Assembly: GCA_045862895.1 (NCBI GenBank)
Contig: BTUO01000007.1
Location: forward strand, 169,020 to 233,019
From: Acidobacteriota bacterium
Lineage (GTDB): Bacteria > Acidobacteriota > Thermoanaerobaculia > Multivoradales > JAGPDF01
Reading direction: 5' to 3'
Length of the DNA: 64,000 nt
This document shows positions 27,401-36,345 of the stretch, one piece after another; the stretch's first letter is position 1, and each line of letters opens with the position of its first letter. The notes under the pieces are model-generated. The model saw only the letters and a list, made by a program, of their open reading frames with translations. It searched no databases and was not told where the DNA came from. The translations under genes were made by a program, and so were the position numbers.

Positions 27401-28109
27401 CGGCGGCGACCTGACCGGCGCCGCCACCCGCTTCGAGGAGGCGCTGGCGATCGCCCGTGAGCTTTCGCAGCGCGGCCCCGAGGCCGCGGCGCTCGCCGGC
27501 CTCGGCGAAGTCGCGGCCGCCCGCGGCGACCTCGCCGCGGCACGCGAGCGGCTGGGCGCCGCCCTCGAGTTGCGTCGCTCGATCGGCGACGCCGCCGGCG
27601 CCGATCGGGCCCGCCTGTCGCTCGCCCGGATGACTCTCGACGCCGATCCGGAAGCATCGACGCGGGAGGCCGAACAGGTCCTGGCCGGCGAGAGTGCCCG
27701 TAGCTGGATCGACGTCGCCGCGAGCGCGCGGATCGTGCTCGCGCGCTCGGCGCTCGCGCGCGACGACCTGAAAGCGGCGAGCGCGGCCCTCGCCCCTCTC
27801 GCGCCTCCGGCCCCGAGCCCCGGGCTCGCGACGAGCCTCGAGCGCCGATTCCTCGAGGCGAGCACCGCACTCGCCGCGGCGAAGGACCCCGTGCAACGCG
27901 CCGCCGCCGCGGCCGACCTCGACCGGATCTCCGGCGAGGCCGCGACCGCGGGGCTGCTCGCGCTCGAGATCGAGGGCCGCCTCGCCGCGGCGGAAGTGCC
28001 GGGAAACCGCGACGCGCACGAGCTCGGCGAAGTCGCCGGCCGAGCGCGCGCCGCCGGCTACCTCCCCCTCGCCCGCCGCGCCGAAGCCGCCAGCGTCCCT
28101 GAGTGCTGA
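24420..28109 (+). CDS. membrane Ser/Thr protein kinase with N-terminal zinc ribbon, TolB-N-like domain and TPR repeats
   Basis: CSNC..CPNC, ARGGMGEV, VALK, HRDLKGDN, DFG, YMAPE, TM, AVVGLRNL...AEML, multiple LNNLA-type TPRs. Confidence 0.9.
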   Translation: MTTTRSGFLCSNCRVPVPVPEAALRDATLAVVCPNCGQRYQRRPSGATRAPSPSAPTSPPRPSTDSARTPESRPGTTRASERAPTSATAGAGGSDSAPALADGALVAGRWRIVRFLARGGMGEVYEAEDGELRERVALKTIHPTVSSQPASLERFKREVHLARKVTHPNVCRLFEFGIHPAADGPATAFLTMELLEGETLAERARRVGRMPADVVLPIVRQIGAALAAAHAAGVVHRDLKGDNIFLVPASAGGERVVVTDFGIARGGADDRFALTATSIGGGLGTPAYMAPEQVTGEPATAAADQYALGVLVFELLTGELPFRADTPLATAAKRLTEAPPSLADRLPDLDPRWAATVGRALERDPRDRFASVQDLVAALEGSLPVAPATAVGYRAPASAPARESSTRDRRQRWLAALLGVALVAASAWAVIRLRSQRERTAALRPVAARTTVAVVGLRNLAGREDAAWLGTAIAEMLSTELAQGGGLRVVPGDAVARAVEELELGAAERLSAELRARLRARLAADYLVLGGFTALAEGDALRFDLRLEQAATGEAVETLAESGRSSELFDLVSRAGSKLRTRLGAAGGGAGRSLLPASPEAARLYAEGIERLRKLEPEAARERLERAVELDPGNALARSSLAVAWSALGFDGRAAEEARRAYELASSLPEPERWIVEARYFESAGQWQRAAEVWQALWSAAPDNLDYGLRLAACRTQAGEVETALAAIGALRALPEPDGVDPRLDLAEAAAAAAMSDYRRQAEAARRAAARAEAVGGSQLAAQAHAMSSWALRNLGRGDEALAAAEASRALAERAGDRAAAAEAMALAAAVSLDRGDLDAAADGYERALATSRELGDRGGAARALNNLAVVRKARGELGAARRQYEEAEQLAIETGNRRGAAYSAQNVAVILADLGELDAALARLEAARAVFAELADPAGEASALANLGAVRRRRGELADARRLLEESLARRRALGQRAAEAATLSALGQALADGGDLTGAATRFEEALAIARELSQRGPEAAALAGLGEVAAARGDLAAARERLGAALELRRSIGDAAGADRARLSLARMTLDADPEASTREAEQVLAGESARSWIDVAASARIVLARSALARDDLKAASAALAPLAPPAPSPGLATSLERRFLEASTALAAAKDPVQRAAAAADLDRISGEAATAGLLALEIEGRLAAAEVPGNRDAHELGEVAGRARAAGYLPLARRAEAASVPEC

Positions 28110-28262
28110 TCGGCGGTCGGCGATCGCTGAGGAGGGATCACGGCCCTCGGATCGGGAGGTGCGTACAATGAGCAGAGTCCGGTCCGGGAGGGGCGCCGCC
28201 GACTCTACCTGCCAGGAGACTCGAGCCGCGTCCGGGGTCCTGGAGCCGGGGAGGCAAGCACC

Positions 28263-30218
28263 ATGGGTATCGCAGGGCCCCGTTTCGTCCTCGCGCTCTG
28301 TCTCATCGCCGCCACTTCCGTCCGGGCCCAGCCCGGCGCCTGCGCGCCCGAGCTGCTGGCCACCGACCGCCGTGGCTCGCCATCGTCGATCTCCCGCCAG
28401 GGCGACGTCCTCTACCTCGGCGCCGGCGCCGCGGTGGTGGTAGTCGACACGACAGATCTTGCGGCGCCGCTCGAGCGGGGCCGGGTCGACCTCGACGAGA
28501 TGGTTCTAGACGTCGCTCACTGGCAGTCCACCGTGGTCGCCCTCGGCCAGCATGGCCTCACGTTCGTCGACGCCAGTGATTCCGAGCACCCCACCGTCAC
28601 CGGTTCCTTCCCATTCCCGGCGGCCTGGATCGTTCGCTCGATCGCGGCGCGCGAGTCGCATGCGTTCGTTCCGGAGGTAAACGGGCTGCGCATCGTGAGC
28701 TTCGTCGATCCGACTGCGCCGGCCGAGGTTGGCTTCTTCCCAGCGGTCTCGACGCGCGACGTCGCCGTGAGCGGTCAGCGGGCCTACCTGCTGAGCGCGG
28801 GGATTCTGCGCGTGGTCAACGTCTCGAATCCCGCGAGTCCCTACCAGGTCGCGTCGTTGCCGGTGGACATTGGCAATGACGACCGGCTGAGCATCGCCGG
28901 CAGCGGCAATCGCCTCGCGGCGTGGGGCAGATGGTCGGATGGCCATTTCACAGGCTCGGCGGCCGAGCTCTTCAGCCTCGCCGATCCAGCGCTGCCGGTG
29001 AAACGAAGCTCCCTCGTCTACGATGACTACGGCTTCGAGTCGCTGGCTTTCGCGTTCGATCGCGTCTACTTCGGAGGGATCATCTACGACGTCGCGTCGC
29101 TCGCGAATCCCGTCGAGGTCGGGACCCTGCTCCCGCTGTTCTGGCCCGTCGACATGGCGATCGCGCCTGATCCCGACCGGCTCTTCGTCGCCGCAGCGGA
29201 TGGGGGGCTCCACGTCGCGGAGATTTCAAGCCCAGGCAACCCGAGTATCGAGGCCAGCATCTACATGCCGAGCGACGCGACAGACGGCTATCTCGCCGGA
29301 ACCATGGCGGTCCTCGTGCGGGAAGACGCGCTCGAGGTCTTCGATCTTTCCGATCCGGCTCACCCCGCTCGGCTGAGCAGCCTCCCAGCCGGCGCGGCCC
29401 AATTCGAGGAGGTCGAGCGGGTCCGCGACCACGCTTACGTCAGATCCGCGCACGACTTGAAGATCGTCGATCTCTCGAATCCCCTCGAGCCGGTCCAGAC
29501 GGGAAGCGTGGGCTACTCCGTCTGGAACGCCCCGGCGTTCGCCGGGGGCGTCGTCGGGTTCGTGGACGATTGTGCGGCGGTCGTTCGCCTGCTCGACGCC
29601 AGCCAACCCGGCGCTCCGCAGTTCTTGAGCGAGATCCCGCTCGATGAGAACTGCTACAAGACCGACTTCGCCATGACTGCGGAGCGCCTCTACGTCTGGG
29701 ACTACGACGGATTCGACGGCGACAGCCGGCTCCGAACCTTCGACCTCTCCGACCCCGCCCAACCGCTCGAGATCGGCGCGGCCGCAGTCGACCCCTGGCA
29801 CTGGTCCCGGAGCGCGGTGCGGGGCCGCTACCTTCTCCTCACCGACGAAGATCGTTTCGGCGTGCTCGATCTGGCTGCGCCCGCGAATCCCATTCCGGCA
29901 GCGAACCTGTCGCTTCCCGGCGGCCACTGGTTCCTGCGCAAGTTGACCGTGTACGGGGGAGTCGCGCTGGTGGCACCGCACTCCTACTCGACGGGCTCGG
30001 ACGACCGGCTCGTGGTCGTCGACGTCTCGAATCCCCCGGCCTCCGCGGTGATCGCCGAGATTGATCCCGCGGGTCGCGGCAACGCGGCTTTCGCGGGTCC
30101 CGGCCTGATCATGGTCGCCGACGGGCCGGCGGGCTATTCGATCTACTCCTCGTGCGTCCCGTTCGCCGACGGCTTCGAGAGCGGCGACGCGTCGGAGTGG
30201 AGTCTCGCCGGCCGGTGA
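28263..30218 (+). CDS. secreted LVIVD-repeat beta-propeller protein with FADGFESG tail (paralog A)
   Basis: Signal peptide. About 13 [VIL]xD[VL]SxPxxP repeats. Ends CVPFADGFESGDASEWSLAGR. 651 aa. Confidence 0.88.
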   Translation: MGIAGPRFVLALCLIAATSVRAQPGACAPELLATDRRGSPSSISRQGDVLYLGAGAAVVVVDTTDLAAPLERGRVDLDEMVLDVAHWQSTVVALGQHGLTFVDASDSEHPTVTGSFPFPAAWIVRSIAARESHAFVPEVNGLRIVSFVDPTAPAEVGFFPAVSTRDVAVSGQRAYLLSAGILRVVNVSNPASPYQVASLPVDIGNDDRLSIAGSGNRLAAWGRWSDGHFTGSAAELFSLADPALPVKRSSLVYDDYGFESLAFAFDRVYFGGIIYDVASLANPVEVGTLLPLFWPVDMAIAPDPDRLFVAAADGGLHVAEISSPGNPSIEASIYMPSDATDGYLAGTMAVLVREDALEVFDLSDPAHPARLSSLPAGAAQFEEVERVRDHAYVRSAHDLKIVDLSNPLEPVQTGSVGYSVWNAPAFAGGVVGFVDDCAAVVRLLDASQPGAPQFLSEIPLDENCYKTDFAMTAERLYVWDYDGFDGDSRLRTFDLSDPAQPLEIGAAAVDPWHWSRSAVRGRYLLLTDEDRFGVLDLAAPANPIPAANLSLPGGHWFLRKLTVYGGVALVAPHSYSTGSDDRLVVVDVSNPPASAVIAEIDPAGRGNAAFAGPGLIMVADGPAGYSIYSSCVPFADGFESGDASEWSLAGR

Positions 30219-30248
30219 CCGGACGGCCGGCGCGGGACCGCTCGCACG

Positions 30249-31883
30249 CTAGGACGAGCGCTCCCGTCGCGGCATGGAAGCGCTCGCGCCGGCCGCGGCG
30301 GGCGTGACGAAGGCGAGCGTCGCGAGCAGCGCGACGACGGGTACCACCAGCGCCCCCTGGCGCGCGTAGCCGAAGAACAGCACGGTCACGGCGAGCTTGC
30401 TCCCGAGATAGAACCACCACGGCGCGAGCGCCGGCCGGCGTCCCGCGCGCCAGGCGCCGGCCACGACGAGCGCGAGGATCACGAACTGCCATAGAATGGC
30501 AACAAGCCCCGGACGGTGCGCGGCGACGTCGACGCGGCGCGGGGCGGCGAGCCCGGCCGGCAGCCCGGTCGGACCGAGGCCGCTCGCGGCCCCTTCCCAG
30601 AAACGGGCGAGCTTGCGCGCCGAGGCGCGAACGAACTGCGCCGGATGGTCGAGGATCCAGCGCCCGCCGACGCGGTAGCCGTCGAGCACCAGCGCCAGGT
30701 GGGGCGGATAGGAGAGCGCGAGCTCGGGCGGCGGCAGCCCGGCCACCAGCTCCGGAGGATAGCGACGCGCGCCGCCCGCCAGCGGCGGCGGCAGCTCGAG
30801 GCGGTGGGTCGAGAAGCGGCCGCCGGTGCCGTCGTCGTGCGCGAGCGCGAAGTTGAGCGGCCCGTAGATCGAGACGAAGAAGCGCTCGGGCAGCGGTCGC
30901 GGCGTCGCGCCGAAAGCCTCCTCGAGCGCGGCGACCTCGGCGGCGCCGACGACGCGGCGGCCGCGGTGCGCCGCGGTCGCCGCCACGAACAGCGCCGCCG
31001 GCCGGCGTGCGAACGCCGGCAGCGCGTCGCGCCAGCGCCGTGCGGATTCGTCCCAGAGCAGATGCGCGGTGCGCGCCTCGACCGCGGCGTAGGCCGCCGC
31101 TTCGGCCGGCGCCAGGACCGGAGGCTCGCGGTTGAGCCGTGCGACGTCGCGCCAGGCGGTGACGTGCCAGGGCAGCAGCGTGGCCGCCGCGGCCGCCGCC
31201 GCGATCGCGACGCGCCCGGCCACCGCCGGCGCCGGGTCGCCCCGACGCAGCCAGCGCCCCACCCACCAGAGCCCGACGAGCCCCGCGAACAGCGCATGCT
31301 CGACCCGGAACAGGCAGGCCACCCCCTGGAGCGCGCCCCACGCCACGAGCCGACCGCGCGCCGGTCGCGCCTCGGAATCGTCCGGCAGGAACAGGAACGA
31401 GGCAGCGACGAGCACCAGGTAGGGCGCTTCGCTGTCGATCGACGTCGCGAGCAGGATCGACGAGGTGGCGAACGCCGCCCCGAGACCGGCCCCGAGCGCC
31501 GCGCGCGCACCGAACGAGCGCCGGATCGCCAGGTAGAAGAGCGCCACGCCGGCCGCGCCCAGCAGGCACCAGACCACGCGCAGCCTTGACGCCTCACCGC
31601 CCAGCCACGCCGCGAGGTAGGCCGTCCCCGGCGGATGGAGCGGCAGGTCGAGCTCGTAGGGGACGCCGGCGCGGATCGCCCGCGCCCAGTCGACCCAGAG
31701 CTGCGAGTCGCCCGGATAGGCCGGGTCGAACGGTGCGGAGCGCTCCCCGGCGATCGCCCAGCGCAGCAGGCGCAGCGCGGCGGCCAGGACGAACAGGACG
31801 CCGGCGACGAGCGCCGCGCGCGGCGCCGCGGACGGCGCCGCTGCCGGTGGGCTCCCGCTCCTCCCGCGCCGTCGTCGAGCCAT
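30249..31883 (-). CDS. GT-C (PMT/ArnT-like) membrane glycosyltransferase
   Basis: YPGDSQLW, HPPGTAY, SEAPY, CLFRVEH, FFGYARQG. Many TMs. ATG 31883. Confidence 0.75.
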   Translation of the reverse strand: MARRRRGRSGSPPAAAPSAAPRAALVAGVLFVLAAALRLLRWAIAGERSAPFDPAYPGDSQLWVDWARAIRAGVPYELDLPLHPPGTAYLAAWLGGEASRLRVVWCLLGAAGVALFYLAIRRSFGARAALGAGLGAAFATSSILLATSIDSEAPYLVLVAASFLFLPDDSEARPARGRLVAWGALQGVACLFRVEHALFAGLVGLWWVGRWLRRGDPAPAVAGRVAIAAAAAAATLLPWHVTAWRDVARLNREPPVLAPAEAAAYAAVEARTAHLLWDESARRWRDALPAFARRPAALFVAATAAHRGRRVVGAAEVAALEEAFGATPRPLPERFFVSIYGPLNFALAHDDGTGGRFSTHRLELPPPLAGGARRYPPELVAGLPPPELALSYPPHLALVLDGYRVGGRWILDHPAQFVRASARKLARFWEGAASGLGPTGLPAGLAAPRRVDVAAHRPGLVAILWQFVILALVVAGAWRAGRRPALAPWWFYLGSKLAVTVLFFGYARQGALVVPVVALLATLAFVTPAAAGASASMPRRERSS

Positions 31884-31951
31884 GGCGGCGGACGCTATCG
31901 CGACGCCGAAGGGGTCGAGACAGCGACACCGCGGGGTGTAACGGACTCCAC

Positions 31952-31981
31952 TTGACAGCGATCGGAGCCTCCTGTTATCCA
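31952..31981 (+). promoter_or_regulatory. putative sigma70 promoter of the metallopeptidase gene
   Basis: Perfect TTGACA at 31952-31957. Weak -10 (TG-T-TATCCA) 17-18 nt downstream. Confidence 0.4.
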
Positions 31982-32092
31982 CCACTCAAAGCCAGAACGG
32001 AACCGCTGACGGACCCCCGGGGACGAAGTGCCGCCACCGGGGCGACGCCTCCACGGGTGTACGGGCAGCGGTCTATGCAGAGGGGGTGTCTG

Positions 32093-35000
32093 ATGCACGG
32101 AACGTCCGTCCGTCGCTCCTGGTTCGTGGCAGTCGTCGCGGCGTTTCTCGTCGCCGCGCCGGCTCTCGCGCTCGATCCGAAGGAGCCCACCAGCTTCCTC
32201 GACCTGCAGCAATTCGTCGCGCCGGAGCTGGTCATCTCCAGCTCGCACCTCGCGCTGGACGAGGCCCTCGCGGAGCTGCCGAACCGTGACGCCTGGGAGG
32301 CGTTCGTCGCCGACCGGCTCGCCGCGGGCGGCGACCTGCTGGTCTTCATCGACCCGAGATCGGGCGGCGCGACCAACCTGCTCGGCGCCTTTCCGCTGAT
32401 TCCGGGCGACGGCGTCGGCAACGACCTGACCCTGGACGGCCTCGCGGCGAAACTGGGCCGCCCGGTCGCCACGGTCGATGCCGCCGCCGTCGGCGACGCG
32501 GTCCGACGTTTCGTCCTCGATCACGCCAAGCTCCTCGGCATCGATCCCGCCGAGCTCGGGCCGGTCACCGCCGTCCGCATGGCGGACGACTACTGGCAGG
32601 CGAGCGCGACCCAGCGGGTCGGCGACGTCGACGTGCGCCACGCCCGCCTCGCCGCCACCATCCGCCACGGCAACCTGGTGACGATCGGCACCGAGACCTG
32701 GGGACGGGTCGGAGCGGTGCCTGCGCCCGCCATCGACGCCGGAAAGGCCCTCGAGACCGGGTTCCAGTTCGCCGGTGGCCGCTCCGCGGCCGACGCGCTG
32801 CTCTCCGAGCCCCGGCTCGAGTGGGTGCCCGTCGCGCCGCAGGAGCACCAGGCGGGCGAGGCGTTCGTCGGGCCGATCGGCAGCGGCTATCGCCACCGCC
32901 TGGCCTGGAGCTTCGTCTTCCAGCGCGAGCCCGAGCTCGCCAACTGGCAGGTGACGATCGACGCCGCCAGCGGCGAAGTGCTGGCGCTCGAGGACGTCAA
33001 CCAGTACGTGCAGCGCTCGGTGACCGGCGGCGTCTACCCGACGACCTCGACCGAGATCTGCCCGACCCCGGGCACCTGCGGCACGATGCAGAGCGGCTGG
33101 CCGATGCCGTACGCCAACACCGGACTCGCCTCGCCGAACAACTTCACCAACGGCGCCGGCGTCTTCGACTGGACCAGCGGCACGGTGACCACCACGCTCT
33201 CCGGCCGCTACTTCCGCATGGCCGACAACTGCGGCTCGATCAGCGCCAGCTCGGGTACCGGCGACGTCGCGATGGGCGGCACCAACGGCCAGCACGACTG
33301 CACCACCCCGGGCAGCGGCGGCGCCGGCAACACGGCGGCCTCGCGCTCGGGCTTCTACGAGCTCAATCGGATCGCCGAGCAGGCGCGCGGCTGGCTGACC
33401 TCGAACAGCTGGCTCAACTCGCAGGTCACCTCGAACATGAATATCAACCAGACCTGCAACGCCTTCTGGAGCCCGGCGGCCGGAACCGTCAACTTCTACC
33501 GGTCGGGCGGCGGCTGCCGGAACACCGGCGAGCTGGCCGGCGTCTTCGACCACGAGTGGGGCCACGGCATGGACGACAACGACTCCGGCGGAGGCCTGTC
33601 GAACTCCTCGGAGGCGTATGCCGACATCGCGGCCATCTACCGGCTCCAGACCTCGTGCATCGGGCACGGCTTCTTCTGGACGGTCAACGACGGCTGCGGC
33701 CAGACGGCCGACGGCACCGGCTTCAACTCGAACGAGGCCCAGACCGGCGCCTCCTACTGCTGCACCGACTGCTCCGGCGTGCGCGACGCCGACTACGCCA
33801 AGCACAGCCCGGCGACGCCGGCCACGGCGCTCGGCTTCGTCTGCGGCCAGTGCCTGTCGAGCAGCGGCCCGTGCGGACGCCAGGTGCACTGCGCCGCGGC
33901 GCCCTCGCGGCAGGCGGCCTGGGACCTGGTCGCCCGCGACCTGACCGCGGCGCCGTTCAACCTCGACAGCCAGAGCGCGTTCCTGGTCGGCACCCGCAAC
34001 TTCTACCTGGGCAGCGGCAACATCGGCACCTGGCACGCCTGCACCTGCGGCTCGTCGTCGTCGGGCTGCGGCTCGACCAACGCCTACATGCAGTGGCTCG
34101 CCGCCGACGACGACAACGGCAACGTCAACGACGGCACGCCGCACATGACCGCGCTGTTCGCGGCCTTCGATCGCCACGGCATCGCCTGCTCGTCGCCCTC
34201 ACCGGTCAACAGCGGCTGCTCGGGCGGTCCGTCGACGGCGCCGACGCTGACGGTGACCCCGGGCAACTTCCAGAACCAGCTCTCCTGGACCGCGGTCTCC
34301 GGCGCCAGCCGCTACTGGGTGATGCGCACCGAAGGGCACGCCGGCTGCAACTTCGGCAAGACCCGCATCGCCGACGTCACCGGCACCAGCTACACCGACA
34401 CCAACGTCGCCAACGGGCGGACCTACTCCTACAACGTGGTGGCGCAGGGATCGAGCTCCTCCTGCTACAGCCGGCTCTCCTCCTGCGTCTCGGCGACGCC
34501 CTCCTCGAGCCCGGACTTCGCGCTCTCCTGCAGCCCGTCGAGCCTGTCGGTCCAGCAGGGACAGAACGGCACTTCGACCTGCACCGTGACCTCCTCCGGC
34601 GGCTTCGCCTCGGCGGTCGACCTGGCCTGCTCGAGCCTGCCTTCGGGTGTCAGTTGCTCCTACTCGCCCGACCCGGTGACCCCGCCGGCCAACGGCTCGG
34701 TCAACAGCACGCTCACCATCTCGGTGGGCGGCAGCACCGCCACCGGCACCCACGCCATCCAGGCCACCGGCACCAGCGGCGCGACCACCCGCACGGCGGC
34801 GCTCAGCCTGACCGTCACCTCGGCACCGACGCCCGACTTCAGCGTCGCGTGCAGCCCGTCGAGTCTGTCGATCCAGCAGGGCTCGAGCGGCGGCAGCACG
34901 TGCACGGTGACTTCGAGCGGCGGCTTCTCGTCGGCCGTCGCCCTCTCCTGCAGCGGCCTGCCGAGCGGCGCCTCGTGCGGCTTCGTCCCGTCGTCGGTCA

Positions 35001-36217
35001 CGCCCCCGGCCAACGGCAGCGCCAACAGCGCGCTGACCGTCACGGTCTCGGGCGCGACCCCGACCGGCACCACGCCGTTCACGGTGGTCGGAACCAGCGG
35101 CGCGACGACGCGCAACGCGTCGATGTCGCTCACCGTCACCGGCACCGGCGGCGGCGACCTGACCGCGGTCTTCGACGCCGCGCGCCAGGCGCCCGCCTGC
35201 ACCACGGTCGGACGCTCCTGCGACACCGGGGCCGCCCTGGTCCTCGGCAGGAACGGCGACGGTCCGGAGCCCAACCAGCCGAACACGATCAACGACTCGT
35301 GCGCGGACGGCACCTCCGGCACCTTCCACGTCGACGAATCGAACGACCGCCTGAAGGTCTCGACCGTCGACGGCAGCAACTTCGCCCCGGGCAAGACGGT
35401 GCGCATCGACGCCACCGTCTGGGCCTGGACCACTCCTTCGGCGGACGCGCTCGACCTGTTCTACGCCGCCGACGGCACCAACCCGAGCTGGACCTTCATC
35501 GGCACGATCGTCCCCACCGTCGCCGGCGCCCAGACGCTGTCGACCACCTACACCCTGCCCTCAGGAGCTCTCCAGGCGGTGCGCGCGCAGTTCCGCTACC
35601 AGAGCACCAACGCGGCCTGCGCCTCCGGCGGCTACAACGATCGCGACGACCTGGTCTTCGCGGTCGACTCGCCGACGCCGACCACGGTCTTCTCGGACAC
35701 CTTCGAGACCGCGCTCGGCTGGACCACCAACCCGAACGCCACCGACACCGCGACCACCGGCCAGTGGGAGCGCGGCGATCCGGAGACCACCACCTCGAGC
35801 GGCACCAAGCAGCTCGGGACCACGGTCTCCGGCGTCAACGACCTGGTCACGGGTCGCCTCGCCGGCTCCTCGGCCGGCGTCCACGACATCGACGGCGGCG
35901 TCACCACCATCCAGTCGCCGGCGATCGTCCTGCCGTCCACGGGAACGCTGTCGCTGTCGTTCAGCTACTACCTGGCCCACGGCAGCAACTCCTCGACCGC
36001 CGACTTCCTGCGCGTCTACGTGGTCGGCTCGACCACCAGCCTGGTCTTCGAGGAGCTCGGCGCCAACAACGACGACGACGCCGTCTGGGCGACCGCGAGC
36101 GCGAACATCAGCTCGTTCGCCGGCCAGACGGTGCGCATCCGCATCGAGGCTGCCGACGCCGCCGGCGCCAGCCTGACCGAGGCGGCCGTCGACGACGTGG
36201 TGATCACCCGGCAGTAG
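32093..36217 (+). CDS. large secreted thermolysin-like (M4/M36-type gluzincin) metallopeptidase with propeptide, Fn3, tandem Ig-like repeats and C-terminal jelly-roll/MAM-like domain
   Basis: Signal peptide, PepSY-like WQVTIDAASGEVL, HEWGH plus EAYAD third ligand, Cys-rich catalytic region, Fn3 (LSWTAVSGA...YNVVA). 1374 aa. Confidence 0.85.
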   Translation: MHGTSVRRSWFVAVVAAFLVAAPALALDPKEPTSFLDLQQFVAPELVISSSHLALDEALAELPNRDAWEAFVADRLAAGGDLLVFIDPRSGGATNLLGAFPLIPGDGVGNDLTLDGLAAKLGRPVATVDAAAVGDAVRRFVLDHAKLLGIDPAELGPVTAVRMADDYWQASATQRVGDVDVRHARLAATIRHGNLVTIGTETWGRVGAVPAPAIDAGKALETGFQFAGGRSAADALLSEPRLEWVPVAPQEHQAGEAFVGPIGSGYRHRLAWSFVFQREPELANWQVTIDAASGEVLALEDVNQYVQRSVTGGVYPTTSTEICPTPGTCGTMQSGWPMPYANTGLASPNNFTNGAGVFDWTSGTVTTTLSGRYFRMADNCGSISASSGTGDVAMGGTNGQHDCTTPGSGGAGNTAASRSGFYELNRIAEQARGWLTSNSWLNSQVTSNMNINQTCNAFWSPAAGTVNFYRSGGGCRNTGELAGVFDHEWGHGMDDNDSGGGLSNSSEAYADIAAIYRLQTSCIGHGFFWTVNDGCGQTADGTGFNSNEAQTGASYCCTDCSGVRDADYAKHSPATPATALGFVCGQCLSSSGPCGRQVHCAAAPSRQAAWDLVARDLTAAPFNLDSQSAFLVGTRNFYLGSGNIGTWHACTCGSSSSGCGSTNAYMQWLAADDDNGNVNDGTPHMTALFAAFDRHGIACSSPSPVNSGCSGGPSTAPTLTVTPGNFQNQLSWTAVSGASRYWVMRTEGHAGCNFGKTRIADVTGTSYTDTNVANGRTYSYNVVAQGSSSSCYSRLSSCVSATPSSSPDFALSCSPSSLSVQQGQNGTSTCTVTSSGGFASAVDLACSSLPSGVSCSYSPDPVTPPANGSVNSTLTISVGGSTATGTHAIQATGTSGATTRTAALSLTVTSAPTPDFSVACSPSSLSIQQGSSGGSTCTVTSSGGFSSAVALSCSGLPSGASCGFVPSSVTPPANGSANSALTVTVSGATPTGTTPFTVVGTSGATTRNASMSLTVTGTGGGDLTAVFDAARQAPACTTVGRSCDTGAALVLGRNGDGPEPNQPNTINDSCADGTSGTFHVDESNDRLKVSTVDGSNFAPGKTVRIDATVWAWTTPSADALDLFYAADGTNPSWTFIGTIVPTVAGAQTLSTTYTLPSGALQAVRAQFRYQSTNAACASGGYNDRDDLVFAVDSPTPTTVFSDTFETALGWTTNPNATDTATTGQWERGDPETTTSSGTKQLGTTVSGVNDLVTGRLAGSSAGVHDIDGGVTTIQSPAIVLPSTGTLSLSFSYYLAHGSNSSTADFLRVYVVGSTTSLVFEELGANNDDDAVWATASANISSFAGQTVRIRIEAADAAGASLTEAAVDDVVITRQ
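34514..35140 (+). repeat. two tandem ~107-aa Ig-like repeats inside the peptidase
   Basis: DFALSCSPSSLSVQQG...LSLTVT at 34514 and DFSVACSPSSLSIQQG...MSLTVT at 34835 (321-nt period). Confidence 0.85.
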
Positions 36218-36237
36218 CCGACCCACGTCCCCGTTCC

Positions 36238-36277
36238 ACGGCCCGGCGGACCCCCGTCCGCCGGGCCGTTTCACGTT
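36238..36277 (+). terminator. intrinsic terminator after the peptidase gene
   Basis: Perfect 14-bp stem ACGGCCCGGCGGAC-CCCC-GTCCGCCGGGCCGT followed by TTCACGTT. Confidence 0.75.
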
Positions 36278-36345
36278 CACGGCGGGCCCGGCCCGGGTCC
36301 CCGGCGGCACGCGGAGTCGCGTGCTACGCTCCCCGCCGTCCGACG

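Noticed and set aside
31975-31983. DnaA-box-like TTATCCACC
   Set aside because: Single 8/9 match coinciding with a probable -10 region. No box cluster, AT-rich unwinding element or dnaA context.
31985-32092. Possible riboswitch in the long 5' UTR of the peptidase
   Set aside because: No match to the c-di-GMP, c-di-AMP or other aptamer cores I can recognise. An Rfam/Infernal scan would settle it.
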